Shown: positions 1 to 15,000, counted from the stretch's first letter. The stretch: DNA of 64,000 bases from Nemertoderma westbladi (GCA_032718475.1 JAUCBJ010001975.1:36649-100648), one strand, 5' to 3'. Notes: generated by a model not told the origin, from the letters alone. Translations and numbers: made by a program.

Positions 1-3000
1 GGGTTGAGTTTAGGTTTTTGGTTTTGGTTATGTTTGGGACTGGGTTAGGGTTGAGTTGGAAGGTGAAACAAGGTTTGGGTTGAGTTTAGGTTTTTGGTTT
101 TGGTTATGTTTGGGACTGGGTTATGGTTGAGTTGGAAGGTGAGACTGGGTTTGGGTTGAGTTTAGGTTTTTGGTTTTGGTTATGTTTGGGACTGGGTTAG
201 GGTTGAGTTGGAAGGTGAAACAAGGTTTGGGTTGAGTTTAGGTTTTTGGTTTTGGTTATGTTTGGGACTGGGTTATGGTTGAGTTGGAAGGTGAGACTGG
301 GTTTGGGTTGAGTTGGAAGGTGAAACAAGGTTTGGGTTGAGTTGGAAGGTGAAACAAGGTTTGGGTTGAGTTTAGGTTTTTGGTTTTGGTTATGTTTGGG
401 ACTGGGTTATGGTTGAGTTGGAAGGTGAGACTGGGTTAGGGTTGAGTTGGAAGGTGAAACATGGTTTGGGTTGAGTTTAGGTTTTTGGTTTTGGTTATGT
501 TTGGGACTGGGTTATGGTTGAGTTGGAAGGTGAGACTGTGTTAGGGTTGAGTTGGAAGGTGAAACAAGGTTTGGGTTGAGTTTAGGTTTTTGGTTTTGGT
601 TATGTTTGGAACAGGGTTAGGGTTGAGTTGGAAGGTGAAACAAGGTTTGGGTTGAGTTTAGGTTTTTGGTTTTGGTTATGTTTGGGACTGGGTTAGGGTT
701 GAGTTGGAAGGTGAAACAAGGTTTGGGTTGAGTTTAGGTTTTTTGTTTTGGTTATGTTTGGGACTGGGTTAGGGTTGAGTTGAAAGGTGAAACAAGGTTT
801 GGGTTGAGTTTACGTTTTTGGTTTTAGTTATGTTTGGGACTGGGTTTGGGTTGAGTTGGAAGGTGAAACAAGGATTGGGTTGAGTTTAGGTTTTTGGATT
901 TGGTTATGTTTGGGACTGGGTTAGGGTTGAGTTGAAAGGTGAAACAAGGTTTGGGGAGAGTTTAGGTTTTTGGTTTTGGTTATGTTTGGGACTGGGTTAG
1001 GGTTGAGTTGGAAGGTGAAACAAGGCTTGGGTTGAGTTTAGGTTTTGGGTTTTGGTTATGTTTGGGACTGGGTTATGGTTGAGTTGGAAGGGGAGACTGG
1101 GTTAGGGTTGAGTTGGAAGGTGAAACAAGGTTTGGGTTGAGTTTAGGTTTTTGGTTTTGGTTAAGTTTGGGACTGGGTTATGGTTGAGTTGGAAGGTGAG
1201 ACTGGGTTAGGGTTGAGTTGGAAGGTGAAACAAGGTTTGGGTTGAGTTTAGGTTTTTGGTTTTGGTTATGTTTGGAACAGGGTTAGGGTTGAGTTGGAAG
1301 GTGAAACAAGGTTTGGGTTGAGTTTAGGTTTTTGGTTTTGGTTATGTTTGGGACTGGGTTAGGGTTGAGTTGAAAGGTGAAACAAGGTTTGGGTTGAGTT
1401 TACGTTTTTGGTTTTAGTTATGTTTGGGACTGGGTTTGGGTTGAGTTGGAAGGTGAAACAAGGATTGGGTTGAGTTTAGGTTTTTGGATTTGGTTATGTT
1501 TGGGACTGGGTTAGGGTTGAGTTGGAAGGTGAAACAAGGTTTGGGTTGAGTTTAGGTTTTTGGTTTTGGTTATGTTTGGGACTGGGTTAGGGTTGAGTTG
1601 GAAGGTGAAACAAGGTTTGGGTTGAGTGTAGGTTTTTTGTTTTGGTTATGTTTGGGACTGGGTTAGGGTTGAGTTGAAAGGTGAAACAAGGTTTGGGTTG
1701 AGTTTACGTTTTTGGTTTTAGTTATGTTTGGGACTGGGTTTGGGTTGAGTTGGAAGGTGAAACAAGGATTGGGTTGAGTTTAGGTTTTTGGATTTGGTTA
1801 TGTTTGGGACTGGGTTAGGGTTGAGTTGGAAGGGGAGACTGGGTTAGGGTTGAGTTGGAAGGTGAAACAAGGTTTGGGGAGAGTTTAGGTTTTTGGTTTT
1901 GGTTATGTTTGGGACTGGGTTAGGGTTGAGTTGGAAGGTGAAACAAGGCTTGGGTTGAGTTTAGGTTTTGGGTTTTGGTTATGTTTGGGACTGGGTTAGG
2001 GTTGAGTTGGAAGGTGAAACAAGGTTTGGGATGAGTTTATGTTTTTGGTTTTGGTTATGTTTGGGACTGGGTTAGGGTTGAGTTGGAAGGTGAAACAAGG
2101 TTTGGGTTGAGTTTAGGTTTTTGGTTTTGGTTATGTTTGGGACTGGGTTATGGTTGAGTTGGAAGGGGAGACTGGGTTAGGGTTGAGTTGGAAGGTGAAA
2201 CAAGGTTTGGGTTGAGTTTAGGTTTTTGGTTTTGGTTAAGTTTGGGACTGGGTTATGGTTGAGTTGGAAGGTGAGACTGGGTTAGGGTTGAGTTGGAAGG
2301 TGAAACAAGGTTTGGGTTGAGTTTAGGTTTTTGGTTTTGGTTATGTTTGGGACTGGGTTAGGGTTGAGTTGGAAGGTGAAACAAGGTTTGGGATGAGTTT
2401 AGGTTTTTGGTTTTGGTTATGTTTGGGACTGGGTTAGGGTTGAGTTGGAAGGTGAGACAAGGTTTGGGTTGAGTTTAGGTTTTTGATTTTGGTTATGTTT
2501 GGGACTGGGTTTGGGTTGAGTTGGAAGGTGAAACAAGGTTTGGGTTGAGTTTAGGTTTTTGGTTTTGGTTATGTTTGGGACTGGGTTAGGGTTGAGTTGG
2601 AAGGTGAAACAAGGTTTGGGTTGAGTTTAGGGTTTTGGTTATGTTTGGGACTGGGTTATGGTTGAGTTGGAAGGTGAGACTGGGTTAGGGTTGAGTTGGA
2701 AGGTGAAACAAAGTTAGGATTGAGTGTAGGTTTTTGGTTTTGGTTATGTTTGGGACTGGGTTAGGGTTGAGTTGGAAGGTGAAACAAGGTTTGGGTTGAG
2801 TTTAGCTTTTTGGTTTTGGTTATGTTTGGGACTGGGTTATGGTTGAGTTGGAAGGTGAGACTGGGTTAGGGTTGAGTTGGAAGGTGAACCAAGGTTAGGA
2901 TTGAGTTTAGGTTTTTGGTTTTGGATATGTTTGGGACTGGGTTAGGGTTGAGTTGGAAGGTGAAACAAGGTTTGGGTTGAGTTTAGGTTTTTTGTTTTTG

Positions 3001-6000
3001 GGGGTTTGGTTATGTTTGGGACTGGGTTAGGGTTGAGTTGGAAGGTGAAACAAGGTTTGGGGAGAGTTTACGTTTTTGGTTTTGGTTATGTTTGGGACTG
3101 GGTTAGGGTTGAGTTGGAAGGTGAAACAAGGTTTGGGTTGAGTTTACGTTTTTGGTTTTGGTTATGTTTGGGACTGGGTTAGGGTTGAGTTGGAAGGTGA
3201 AACAAGGTTTGGGGAGAGTTTAGGTTTTTGGTTTTGGTTATGTTTGGGACTGGGTTAGGGTTGAGTTGGAAGGTGAAACAAGGTTTGGGGAGAGTTTAGG
3301 TTTTTGGTTTTGGTTATGTTTGGGACTGGGTTAGGGTTGAGTTGGAAGGTGAAACAAGGTTTGGGTTGAGTTTAGGTTTTTTGTTTTGGTTATGTTTGGG
3401 ACTGGGTTAGGGTTGAGTTGGAAGGTGAAACAAGGTTTGGGGAGAGTTTACGTTTTTGGTTTTGGTTATGTTTGGGACTGGGTTAGGGTTGAGTTGGAAG
3501 GTGAAACTAGGTTTGGGTTGAGTTTACGTTTTTGGTTTTGGTTATGTTTGGGACTGGGTTAGGGTTGAGTTGGAAGGTGAGACTGGGTTTGGGTTGAGTT
3601 GGAAGGTGAAACAAGGATTGGGCTGAGTTTAGGTTTTTGGATTTGGTTATGTTTGGGACTGGGTTAGGGTTGAGTTGAAAGGTGAAACAAGGTTTGGGAT
3701 GAGTTTAGGTTTTTGGTTTTGGTTATGTTTGGGACTGGGTTAGGGTTGAGTTGGAATGTGAAACAAGGTTTGGGGAGAGTTTACGTTTTTGGTTTTGGTT
3801 ATGTTTGGGACTGGGTTAGGGTTGAGTTGGAAGGTGAAACAAGGTTTGGGTTGAGTTTACGTTTTTGGTTATGTTTGGGACTGGGTTAGGGTTGAGTTGG
3901 AAGGTGAAACAAGGTTTGTGATGAGTTTAGGTTTTTGGTTTTGGTTATGTTTGGGACTGGGTTAGGGTTGAGTTGGAAGGTGAAACATGGTTTGTGATGA
4001 GTTTAGGTTTTTGGTTTTGGTTATGTTTGGGACTGGGTTATGGTTGAGTTGGAAGGTGAGACTGGGTTAGGGTTGAGTTGGAATGTGAAACAAGGTTTGG
4101 GTTGAGTTTAGGTTTTTTGTTTTGGTTATGTTTGGGACTGGGTTACGGTTGAGTTGGAATGTGAAACAAGGTTTGGGGAGAGTTTACGTTTTTGGTTTTG
4201 GTTATGTTTGGGACTGGGTTAGGGTTGAGTTGGAAGGTGAAACAAGGTTTGGGTTGAGTTTACGTTTTTGGTTTTGGTTATGTTTGGGACTGGGTTAGGG
4301 TTGAGTTGGAAGGTGAGACTGGGTTTGGGTTGAGTTGGAAGGTGAAACAAGGATTGGGTTGAGTTTAGGTTTTTTGTTTTGGTTATGTTTGGGACTGGGT
4401 TAGGGTTGAGTTGGAATGTGAAACAAGGTTTGGGGAGAGTTTACGTTTTTGGTTTTGGTTATGTTTGGGACTGGGTTATGGTTGAGTTGGAAGGTGAAAC
4501 AAGGTTTGGGTTGAGTTTAGGTTTTTTGTTTTGGTTATGTTTGGGACTGGGTTAGGGTTGAGTTGGAAGGTGAAACAAGGTTTGGGGAGAGTTTACGTTT
4601 TTGGTTTTGGTTATGTTTGGGACTGGGTTAGGGTTGAGTTGGAAGGTGAAACAAGGTTTGGGTTGAGTTTAGGTTTTTTGTTTTGGTTATGTTTGGGACT
4701 GGGTTAGGGTTGAGTTGGAAGGTGAAACAAGGTTTGGGTTGAGTTTACGTTTTTGGTTTTGGTTATGTTTGGGACTGGGTTAGGTTTGAGTTGGAAGGTG
4801 AAACAAGGTTTGGGTTGAGTTTAGGTTTTTTGTTTTGGTTATGTTTGGGACTGGGTTAGGGTTGAGTTGGAAGGTGAAACAAGGTTTGGGGAGAGTTTAC
4901 GTTTTTGGTTTTGGTTATGTTTGGGACTGGGTTAGGGTTGAGTTGGAAGGTGAAACAAGGTTTGGGTTGAGTTTACGTTTTTGGTTTTGGTTATGTTTGG
5001 GACTGGGTTAGGGTTGAGTTGGAAGGTGAAACAAGGTTTGGGTTGAGTTTAGGTTTTTTGTTTTGGTTATGTTTGGGACTGGGTTAGGGTTGAGTTGGAA
5101 GGTGAAACAAGGTTTGGGTTGAGTTTAGGTTTTTTGTTTTGGTTATGTTTGGGACTGGGTTGGGGTTGAGTTGGAAGGTGAAACAAGGTTTGGGGAGAGT
5201 TTACGTTTTTGGTTTTGGTTATGTTTGGGACTGGGTTAGGGTTGAGTTGGAAGGTGAAACAAGGTTTGGGTTGAGTTTACGTTTTTGGTTTTGGTTATGT
5301 TTGGGACTGGGTTAGGGTTGAGTTGGAAGGTGAAACAAGGTTTGGGTTGAGTTTAGGTTTTTTGTTTTGGTTATGTTTGGGACTGGGTTAGGGTTGAGTT
5401 GGAAGGTGAAACAAGGTTTGGGGAGAGTTTACGTTTTTGGTTTTGGTTATGTTTGGGACTGGGTTAGGGTTGAGTTGGAAGGTGAAACAAGGTTTGGGTT
5501 GAGTTTACGTTTTTGGTTTTGGTTATGTTTGGGACTGGGTTAGGGTTGAGTTGGAAGGTGAGACTGGGTTTGGGTTGAGTTGGAAGGTGAAACAAGGATT
5601 GGGCTGAGTTTAGGTTTTTGGATTTGGTTATGTTTGGGACTGGGTTAGGGTTGCGTTGAAAGGTGAAACAAGGTTTGGGATGAGTTTAGGTTTTTGGTTT
5701 TGGTTATGTTTGGGACAGGGTTAGGGTTGAGTTGGAATGTGAAACAAGGTTTGGGGAGAGTTTACGTTTTTGGTTTTGGTTATGTTTGGGACTGGGTTAG
5801 GGTTGAGTTGGAAGGTGAAACAAGGTTTGGGTTGAGTTTACGTTTTTGGTTTTGGTTATGTTTGGGACTGGGTTAGGGTTGGGTTGGAAGGTGAAACAAG
5901 GTTTGTGATGAGTTTAGGTTTTTGGATTTGGTTATGTTTGGGACTGGGTTAGGGTTGAGTTGGAAGGTGAAACAAGGTTTGGGTTGAGTTTAGGTTTTTG

Positions 6001-9000
6001 GTTTTGGTTATGTTTGGGACTGGGTTAGGGTTGAGTTGGAAGGTGAAACAAGGTTTGGGTTGAGTTTAGGTTTTTTGTTTTGGTTATGTTTGGGACTGGG
6101 TTAGGGTTGAGTTGAAAGGTGAAACAAGGTTTGGGTTGAGTTTACGTTTTTGGTTTTAGTTATGTTTGGGACTGGGTTTGGGTTGAGTTGGAAGGTGAAA
6201 CAAGGATTGGGTTGAGTTTAGGTTTATGGATTTGGTTATGTTTGGGACTGGGTTAGGGTTGAGTTGAAAGGTGAAACAAGGTTTGGGGAGAGTTTAGGTT
6301 TTTGGTTTTGGTTATGTTTGGGACTGGGTTAGGGTTGAGTTGGAAGGTGAAACAAGGCTTGGGTTGAGTTTAGGTTTTGGGTTTTGGTTATGTTTGGGAC
6401 TGGGTTATGGTTGAGTTGGAAGGGGAGACTGGGTTAGGGTTGAGTTGGAAGGTGAAACAAGGTTTGGGTTGAGTTTAGGTTTTTGGTTTTGGTTAAGTTT
6501 GGGACTGGGTTATGGTTGAGTTGGAAGGTGAGACTGGGTTAGGGTTGAGTTGGAAGGTGAAACAAGGTTTGGGTTGAGTTTAGGTTTTTGGTTTTGGTTA
6601 TGTTTGGGACTGGGTTAGGGTTGAGTTGGAAGGTGAAACAAGGTTTGGGATGAGTTTAGGTTTTTGGTTTTGGTTATCTTTGGGACTGGGTTAGGGTTGA
6701 GTTGGAAGGTGAGACAAGGTTTGGGTTGAGTTTAGGTTTTTGATTTTGGTTATGTTTGGGACTGGGTTTGGGTTGAGTTGGAAGGTGAAACAAGGTTTGG
6801 GTTGAGTTTAGGTTTTTGGTTTTGGTTATGTTTGGGACTGGGTTAGGGTTGAGTTGGAAGGTGAAACAAGGTTTGGGTTGAGTTTAGGTTTTTGGTTTTG
6901 GTTATGTTTGGGACTGGGTTATGGTTGAGTTGGAAGGTGAGACTGGGTTAGGGTTGAGTTGGAAGGTGAAACAAAGTTAGGATTGAGTGTAGGTTTTTTG
7001 TTTTGGTTATGTTTGGGACTGGGTTAGGGTTGAGTTGGTAGGTGAAACAAGGTTTGGGTTGAGTTTAGGTTTTTGGTTTTGGTTATGTTTGGGACTGGGT
7101 TATGGTTGAGTTGGAAGGTGAGACTGGGTTAGGGTTGAGTTGGAAGGTGAACCAAGGTTAGGATTGAGTTTAGGTTTTTGGTTTTGTATATGTTTGGGAC
7201 TGGGTTAGGGTTGAGTTGGAAGGTGAAACAAGGTTTGGGTTGAGTTTAGGTTTTTTGTTTTGGTTATGTTTGGGACTGGGTTAGGGTTGAGTTGGAAGGT
7301 GAAACAAGGTTTGGGGAGAGTTTACGTTTTTGGTTTTGGTTATGTTTGGGACTGGGTTAGGGTTGAGTTGTAAGGTGAAACAAGGTTTGGGTTGAGTTTA
7401 CGTTTTTGGTTTTGGTTATGTTTGGGACTGGGTTAGGGTTGAGTTGGAAGGTGAAACAAGGTTTGGGTTGAGTTTAGGTTTTTTGTTTTGGTTATGTTTG
7501 GGACTGGGTTAGGGTTGAGTTGGAAGGTGAAACAAGGTTTGGGGAGAGTTTACGTTTTTGGTTTTGGTTATGTTTGGGACTGGGTTAGGGTTGAGTTGGA
7601 AGGTGAAACAAGGTTTGGGTTGAGTTTACGTTTTTGGTTTTGGTTATGTTTGGGACTGGGTTAGGGTTGAGTTGGAAGGTGAGACTGGGTTTGGGTTGAG
7701 TTGGAAGGTGAAACAAGGATTGGGCTGAGTTTAGGTTTTTGGATTTGGTTATGTTTGGGACTGGGTTAGGGTTGAGTTGAAAGGTGAAACAAGGTTTGGG
7801 ATGAGTTTAGGTTTTTGGTTTTGGTTATGTTTGGGACTGGGTTAGGGTTGAGTTGGAATGTGAAACAAGGTTTGGGGAGAGTTTACGTTTTTGGTTTTGG
7901 TTATGTTTGGGACTGGGTTAGGGTTGAGTTGGAAGGTGAAACAAGGTTTGGGTTGAGTTTACGTTTTTGGTTCTGGTTATGTTTGGGACTGGGTTAGGGT
8001 TGAGTTGGAAGGCGAAACAAGGTTTGTGATGAGTTTAGGTTTTTGGTTTTGGTTATGTTTGGGACTGGGTTAGGGTTGAGTTGGAAGGTGAAACATGGTT
8101 TGTGATGAGTTTAGGTTTTTGGTTTTGGTTATGTTTGGGACTGGGTTATGGTTGAGTTGGAAGGTGAGACTGGGTTAGGGTTGAGTTGGAATGTGAAACA
8201 AGGTTTGGGTTGAGTTTAGGTTTTTTGTTTTGGTTATGTTTGGGACTGACTGGGTTAGGGTTGAGTTGGAAGGTGAAACAAGGTTTGGGGAGAGTTTACG
8301 TTTTTGGTTTTCGTTATGTTTGGGACTGGGTTAGGGTTGAGTTGGAAGGTGAAACAAGGTTTGGGTTGAGTTTACGTTTTTGGTTTTGGTTATGTTTGGG
8401 ACTGGGTTAGGGTTGAGTTGGAAGGTGAAACAAGGTTTGGGTTGAGTTTAGGTTTTTTGTTTTGGTTATGTTTGGGACTGGGTTAGGGTTGAGTTGGAAG
8501 GTGAAACAAGGTTTGGGGAGAGTTTACGTTTTTGGTTTTGGTTATGTTTGGGACTGGGTTAGGGTTGAGTTGGAAGGTGAAACAAGGTTTGGGTTGAGTT
8601 TACGTTTTTGGTTTTGGTTATGTTTGGGACTGGGTTAGGGTTGAGTTGGAAGGTGAAACAAGGTTTGGGTTGAGTTTAGGTTTTTTGTTTTGGTTATGTT
8701 TGGGACTGGGTTAGGGTTGAGTTGGAAGGTGAAACAAGGTTTGGGTTGAGTTTAGGTTTTTTGTTTTGGTTATGTTTGGGACTGGGTTAGGGTTGAGTTG
8801 GAAGGTGAAACAAGGTTTGGGGAGAGTTTACGTTTTTGGTTTTGGTTATGTTTGGGACTGGGTTAGGGTTGAGTTGGAAGGTGAAACAAGGTTTGGGTTG
8901 AGTTTACGTTTTTGGTTTTGGTTATGTTTGGGACTGGGTTAGGGTTGAGTTGGAAGGTGAAACAAGGTTTGGGTTGAGTTTAGGTTTTTTGTTTTGGTTA

Positions 9001-12000
9001 TGTTTGGGACTGGGTTAGGGTTGAGTTGGAAGGTGAAACAAGGTTTGGGTTGAGTTTAGGTTTTTTGTTTTGGTTATGTTTGGGACTGGGTTAGGGTTGA
9101 GTTGGAAGGTGAAACAAGGTTTGGGGAGAGTTTACGTTTTTGGTTTTGGTTATGTTTGGGACTGGGTTAGGGTTGAGTTGGAAGGTGAAACAAGGTTTGG
9201 GTTGAGTTTACGTTTTTGGTTTTGGTTATGTTTGGGACTGGGTTAGGGTTGAGTTGGAAGGTGAAACAAGGTTTGGGTTGAGTTTAGGTTTTTTGTTTTG
9301 GTTATGTTTGGGACTGGGTTAGGGTTGAGTTGGAAGGTGAAACAAGGTTTGGGGAGAGTTTACGTTTTTGGTTTTGGTTATGTTTGGGACTGGGTTAGGG
9401 TTGAGTTGGAAGGTGAAACAAGGTTTGGGTTGAGTTTACGTTTTTGGTTTTGGTTATGTTTGGGACTGGGTTAGGGTTGAGTTGGAAGGTGAGACTGGGT
9501 TTGGGTTGAGTTGGAAGGTGAAACAAGGATTGGGCTGAGTTTAGGTTTTTGGATTTGGTTATGTTTGGGACTGGGTTAGGGTTGAGTTGAAAGGTGAAAC
9601 AAGGTTTGGGATGAGTTTAGGTTTTTGGTTTTGGTTATGTTTGGGACAGGGTTAGGGTTGAGTTGGAATGTGAAACAAGGTTTGGGGAGAGTTTACGTTT
9701 TTGGTTTTGGTTATGTTTGGGACAGGGTTAGGGTTGAGTTGGAAGGTGAAACAAGGTTTGGGTTGAGTTTAGGTTTTTGGTTTTGGTTATGTTTGGGACT
9801 GGGTTTGGGTTGAGTTGGAAGGTGAAACAAGGTTTGGGTTGAGTTTACGTTTTTGGTTTTGGTTATGTTTGGGACTGGGTTAGGGTTGAGTTGGAAGGTG
9901 AAACAAGGTTTGGGTTGAGTTTACGTTTTTGGTTTTGGTTATGTTTGGGACTGGGTTATGGTTGAGTTGGAAGGTGAAACAAGGTTTGTGATGAGTTTAG
10001 GTTTTTGGTTTTGGTTATGTTTGGGACTGGGTTAGGGTTGAGTTGGAAGGTGAAACATGGTTTGTGATGAGTTTAGGTTTTTGGTTTTGGTTATGTTTGG
10101 GACTGGGTTATGGTTGAGTTGGAAGGTGAGACTGGGTTAGGGTTGAGTTGGAATGTGAAACAAGGTTTGGGTTGAGTTTAGGTTTTTTGTTTTGGTTATG
10201 TTTGGGACTGGGTTAGGGTTGAGTTGGAAGGTGAAACAAGGTTTGGGTTGAGTTTACGTTTTTGGTTTTGGTTATGTTTGGGACTGGGTTAGGGTTGAGT
10301 TGGAAGGTGAAACAAGGTTTGGGGAGAGTTTACGTTTTTGGTTTTGGTTATGTTTGGGACTGGGTTAGGGTTGAGTTGGAAGGTGAAACAAGGTTTGGGT
10401 TGAGTTTACGTTTTTGGTTTTGGTTATGTTTGGGACTGGGTTAGGGTTGAGTTGGAAGGTGAAACAAGGTTTGGGTTGAGTTTAGGTTTTTTGTTTTGGT
10501 TATGTTTGGGACTGGGTTAGGGTTGAGTTGGAAGGTGAAACAAGGTTTGGGGAGAGTTTACGTTTTTGGTTTTGGTTATGTTTGGGACTGGGTTAGGGTT
10601 GAGTTGGAAGGTGAAACAAGGTTTGGGTTGAGTTTAGGTTTTTTGTTTTGGTTATGTTTGGGACTGGGTTAGGGTTGAGTTGGAAGGTGAAACAAGGTTT
10701 GGGGAGAGTTTACGTTTTTGGTTTTGGTTATGTTTGGGACTGGGTTAGGGTTGAGTTGGAAGGTGAAACAAGGTTTGGGTTGAGTTTACGTTTTTGGTTT
10801 TGGTTATGTTTGGGACTGGGTTAGGGTTGAGTTGGAAGGTGAAACAAGGTTTGGGTTGTGTTTAGGTTTTTTGTTTTGGTTATGTTTGGGACTGGGTTAG
10901 GGTTGAGTTGGAAGGTGAAACAAGGTTTGGGGAGAGTTTACGTTTTTGGTTTTGGTTATGTTTGGGACTGGGTTAGGGTTGAGTTGGAAGGTGAAACAAG
11001 GTTTGGGTTGAGTTTAGGTTTTTTGTTTTGGTTATGTTTGGGACTGGGTTAGGGTTGAGTTGGAAGGTGAAACATGGTTTGTGATGAGTTTAGGTTTTTG
11101 GTTTTGGTTATGTTTGGGACTGGGTTATGGTTGAGTTGGAAGGTGAGACTGGGTTAGGGTTGAGTTGGAATGTGGAACAAGGTTTGGGGAGAGTTTACGT
11201 TTTTGGTTTTGGTTATGTTTGGGACTGGGTTAGGGTTGAGTTGGAATGTGAAACAAGGTATGGGGAGAGTTTAGGTTTTGGGTTTTGGTTATGTTTGGGA
11301 CAGGGTTAGGGTTGAGTTGGAATGTGAAACAAGGTTTGGGTTGAGTTTAGGTTTTTAGTTTTGGTTATGTTTGGGACTGGGTTAGGGTTGAGTTGGAAGG
11401 TGAAACAAGGTTTGGGTTGAGTTTATGTTTTTGGTTTGGTTATGTTTGGGACAGGGTTAGGGTTGAGTTGGAAGGTGAAACAAGGTTTATGATGAGTTTA
11501 GGTTTTTGGTTTTGGTTATGTTTGGGACTGGGTTAGGGTTGAGTTGGAAGGTGAAACAAGGTTTGGGTTGAGTTTACGTTTTTGGTTTTGGTTATGTTTG
11601 GGACTAGGTTAGGGTTGAGTTGGAAGGTGAAGCAAGGTTTGTGATGAGTTTAGGTTTTTGGTTTTGGTTATGTTTGGGACTGGGTTAGGGTTGAGTTGGA
11701 AGGTGAAACAAGGTTTGTGATGAGTTTAGGTTTTTGGATTTGGTTATGTTTGGGACTGGGTTAGGGTTGAGTTGGAAGGTGAGACTGTGTTTGGGTTGAG
11801 TTGGAAGGTGAAACAAGGTTTGGGATGAGTTTTGGTTTTGGTTATGTTTGGGACTGGGTTAGGGTTGAGTTGGAAAGTGAAACAAGGTTTGGGTTGAGTT
11901 TACGTTTTTGGTTTTGGTGGTGTTTGGGACTGGGTTAGGGTTGAGTTGGAAGGTGAAACAAGGTTTGGGTTGAGTTTAGGTTTTTGGATTTGGTTTTGTT

Positions 12001-15000
12001 TGGGACAGGGTTATGGTTGAGTTGGAAGGTGAGACTGGGTTAGGGTTGAGTTGGAAGGTGAAACAAAGTTAGGATTGAGTGTAGGTTTTTGGTTTTGGTT
12101 ATGTTTGGGACTGGGTTAGAGTTGAGTTGGAAGGTGAAACAAGGTTTGTGTTGAGTTTAGGTTTTTGGTTTTGGTTATGTTTGGGACAGGGTTAGGGTTG
12201 AGTTGGAAGGTGAAACAAGGTTTGTGATGAGTTTAGGTTTTTGGTTTTGGTTATGTTTGGGACTGGGTTATGGTTGAGTTGGAAGGTGAGACTGGGTTAG
12301 GGTTGAGTTGGAAGGTGAACCAAGGTTAGGATTGAGTTTAGGTTTTTGGTTTTGGATATGTTTGGGACTGGGTTAGGGTTGAGTTGGAAGGTGAAACAAG
12401 GTTTGGGTTGAGTTTAGGTTTTTTGTTTTGGTTATGTTTGGGACTGGGTTTGGGTTGAGTTGGAAGGTGAAACAAGGATTGGGCTGAGTTTAGGTTTTTG
12501 GATTTGGTTATGTTTGGGACTGGGTTAGGGTTGAGTTGAAAGGTGAAACAAGGTTTGGGATGAGTTTAGGTTTTTGGTTTTGGTTATGTTTGGGACAGGG
12601 TTAGGGTTGAGTTGGAATGTGAAACAAGGTTTGGGGAGAGTTTACGTTTTTGGTTTTGGTTATGTTTGGGACTGGGTTAGGGTTGAGTTGGAAGGTGAAA
12701 CAAGGTTTGGGTTGAGTTTACGTTTTTGGTTTTGGTTATGTTTGGGACTGGGTTAGGGTTGAGTTGGAAGGTGAAACAAGGTTTGTGATGAGTTTAGGTT
12801 TTTGGTTTTGGTTATGTTTGGGACTGGGTTAGGGTTGAGTTGGAAGGTGAAACATGGTTTGTGATGAGTTTAGGTTTTTGGTTTTGGTTATGTTTGGGAC
12901 TGGGTTATGGTTGAGTTGGAAGGTGAGACTGGGTTAGGGTTGAGTTGGAATGTGAAACAAGGTTTGGGGAGAGTTTACGTTTTTGGTTTTGGTTATGTTT
13001 GGGACTGGGTTAGGGTTGAGTTGGAATGTGAAACAAGGTATGGGGAGAGTTTAGGTTTTGGGTTTTGGTTACGTTTGGGACAGGGTTAGGGTTGAGTTGG
13101 AATGTGAAACAAGGTTTGGGTTGAGTTTAGGTTTTTAGTTTTGGTTATGTTTGGGACTGGGTTAGGGTTGAGTTGGAAGGTGAAACAAGGTTTGGGTTGA
13201 GTTTAGGTTTTTAGTTTTGGTTATGTTTGGGACTGGGTTAGGGTTGAGTTGGAAGGTGAAACAAGGTTTGGGTTGAGTTTATGTTTTTGGTTTGGTTATG
13301 TTTGGGACTGGGTTAGGGTTGAGTTGGAAGGTGAAACAAGGTTTGGGTTGAGTTTATGTTTTTGGTTTGGTTATGTTTGGGACTGGGTTAGGGTTGAGTT
13401 GGAAGGTGAAACAAGGTTTGGGTTGAGTTTAGGTTTTTAGTTTTGGTTATGTTTGGGACTGGGTTAGGGTTGAGTTGGAAGGTGAAACAAGGTTTGGGTT
13501 GAGTTTATGTTTTTGGTTTGGTTATGTTTGGGACAGGGTTGGGGTTGAGTTGGAAGGTGAAACAAGGTTTGGGTTGAGTTTAGGTTTTTAGTTTTGGTTA
13601 TGTTTGGGACTGGGTTAGGGTTGAGTTGGAAGGTGAAACAAGGTTTGGGTTGAGTTTATGTTTTTGGTTTGGTTATGTTTGGGACTGGGTTTGGGTTGAG
13701 TTGGAAGGTGAAACAAGGTTAGGGTTGAGTTGGAAGGTGAAACAAGGTTTGGGTTGAGTTTACGTTTTTGGTTTTGGTTATGTTTGGGACTGGGTTAGGG
13801 TTGAGTTGGAAGGTGAAACAAGGTTTGGGTTGAGTTTAGGTTTTTAGTTTTGGTTATGTTTGGGACTGGGTTAGGGTTGAGTTGGAAGGTGAAACAAGGT
13901 TTGGGTTGAGTTTATGTTTTTGGTTTGGTTATGTTTGGGACTGGGTTTGGGTTGAGTTGGAAGGTGAAACAAGGTTAGGGTTGAGTTGGAAGGTGAAACA
14001 AGGTTTGGGTTGAGTTTACGTTTTTGGTTTTGGTTATGTTTGGGACTGGGTTAGGGTTGAGTTGGAAGGTGAAACAAGGTTTGGGTTGAGTTTATGTTTT
14101 TGGTTTGGTTATGTTTGGGACAGGGTTAGGGTTGAGTTGGAAGGTGAAACAAGGTTTGGGTTGAGTTTACGTTTTTGGTTTTGGTTATGTTTGGGACTGG
14201 GTTAGGGTTGAGTTGGAAGGTGAAACAAGGTTTGTGATGCGTTTAGGTTTTTGGTTTTGGTTATGTTTGGGACTGGGTTAGGGTTGAGTTGGAAGGTGAA
14301 ACAAGGTTTGTGATGAGTTTACGTTTTTGGATTTGGTTATGTTTGGGACTGGGTTAGGGTTGAGTTGGAAGGTGAGACTGTGTTTGGGTTGAGTTGGAAG
14401 GTGAAACAAGGTTTGGGATGAGTTTTGGTTTTGGTTATGTTTGGGACTGGGTTAGGGTTGAGTTGGAAAGTGAAACAAGGTTTGGGTTGAGTTTACGTTT
14501 TTGGTTTTGGTTATGTTTGGGACTGGGTTAGGGTTGAGTTGGAAGGTGAAACAAGGTTTGGGTTGAGTTTAGGTTTTTGGTTTTGGTTTTGTTTGGGACA
14601 GGGTTAGGGTTGAGTTGGAAGGTGAAACAAGGTTTGGGTTGAGTTTAGGTTTTTTGGTTTTAGTTATGATTGGGACTGGGTTTGGGTTGAGTTGGAAGGT
14701 GAAACAAGGTTTTGGTTGAGTTTAGGTTTTTGGTTTTGGTTATGTTTGGGACTGGGTTAGGGTTGAGTTGGAAGGTGAAACCAGGTTTGGGTTGAATTTA
14801 GGTTTTTGGTTTTGGTTATGTTTGGGACTGGGTTATGGTTGAGTTGGAAGGTGAGACTGGGTTAGGGTTGAGTTGGAAGGTGAAACAAGGTTTGGGTTGA
14901 GTTTAGGTTTTTGGTTTTGGTTATGTTTGGGACTGGGTTTGGGTTGAGTTGGAAGGTGAAACAAGGTTTGGGTTGAGTTTAGGTTTTTGGTTTTGGTTAT

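Noticed and set aside
5694-13440. Repeated 60-74 aa Gly/Leu/Phe/Trp-rich ORFs
   Set aside because: They are translations of the 76-bp satellite where point variants remove a stop. No domain or splice support.
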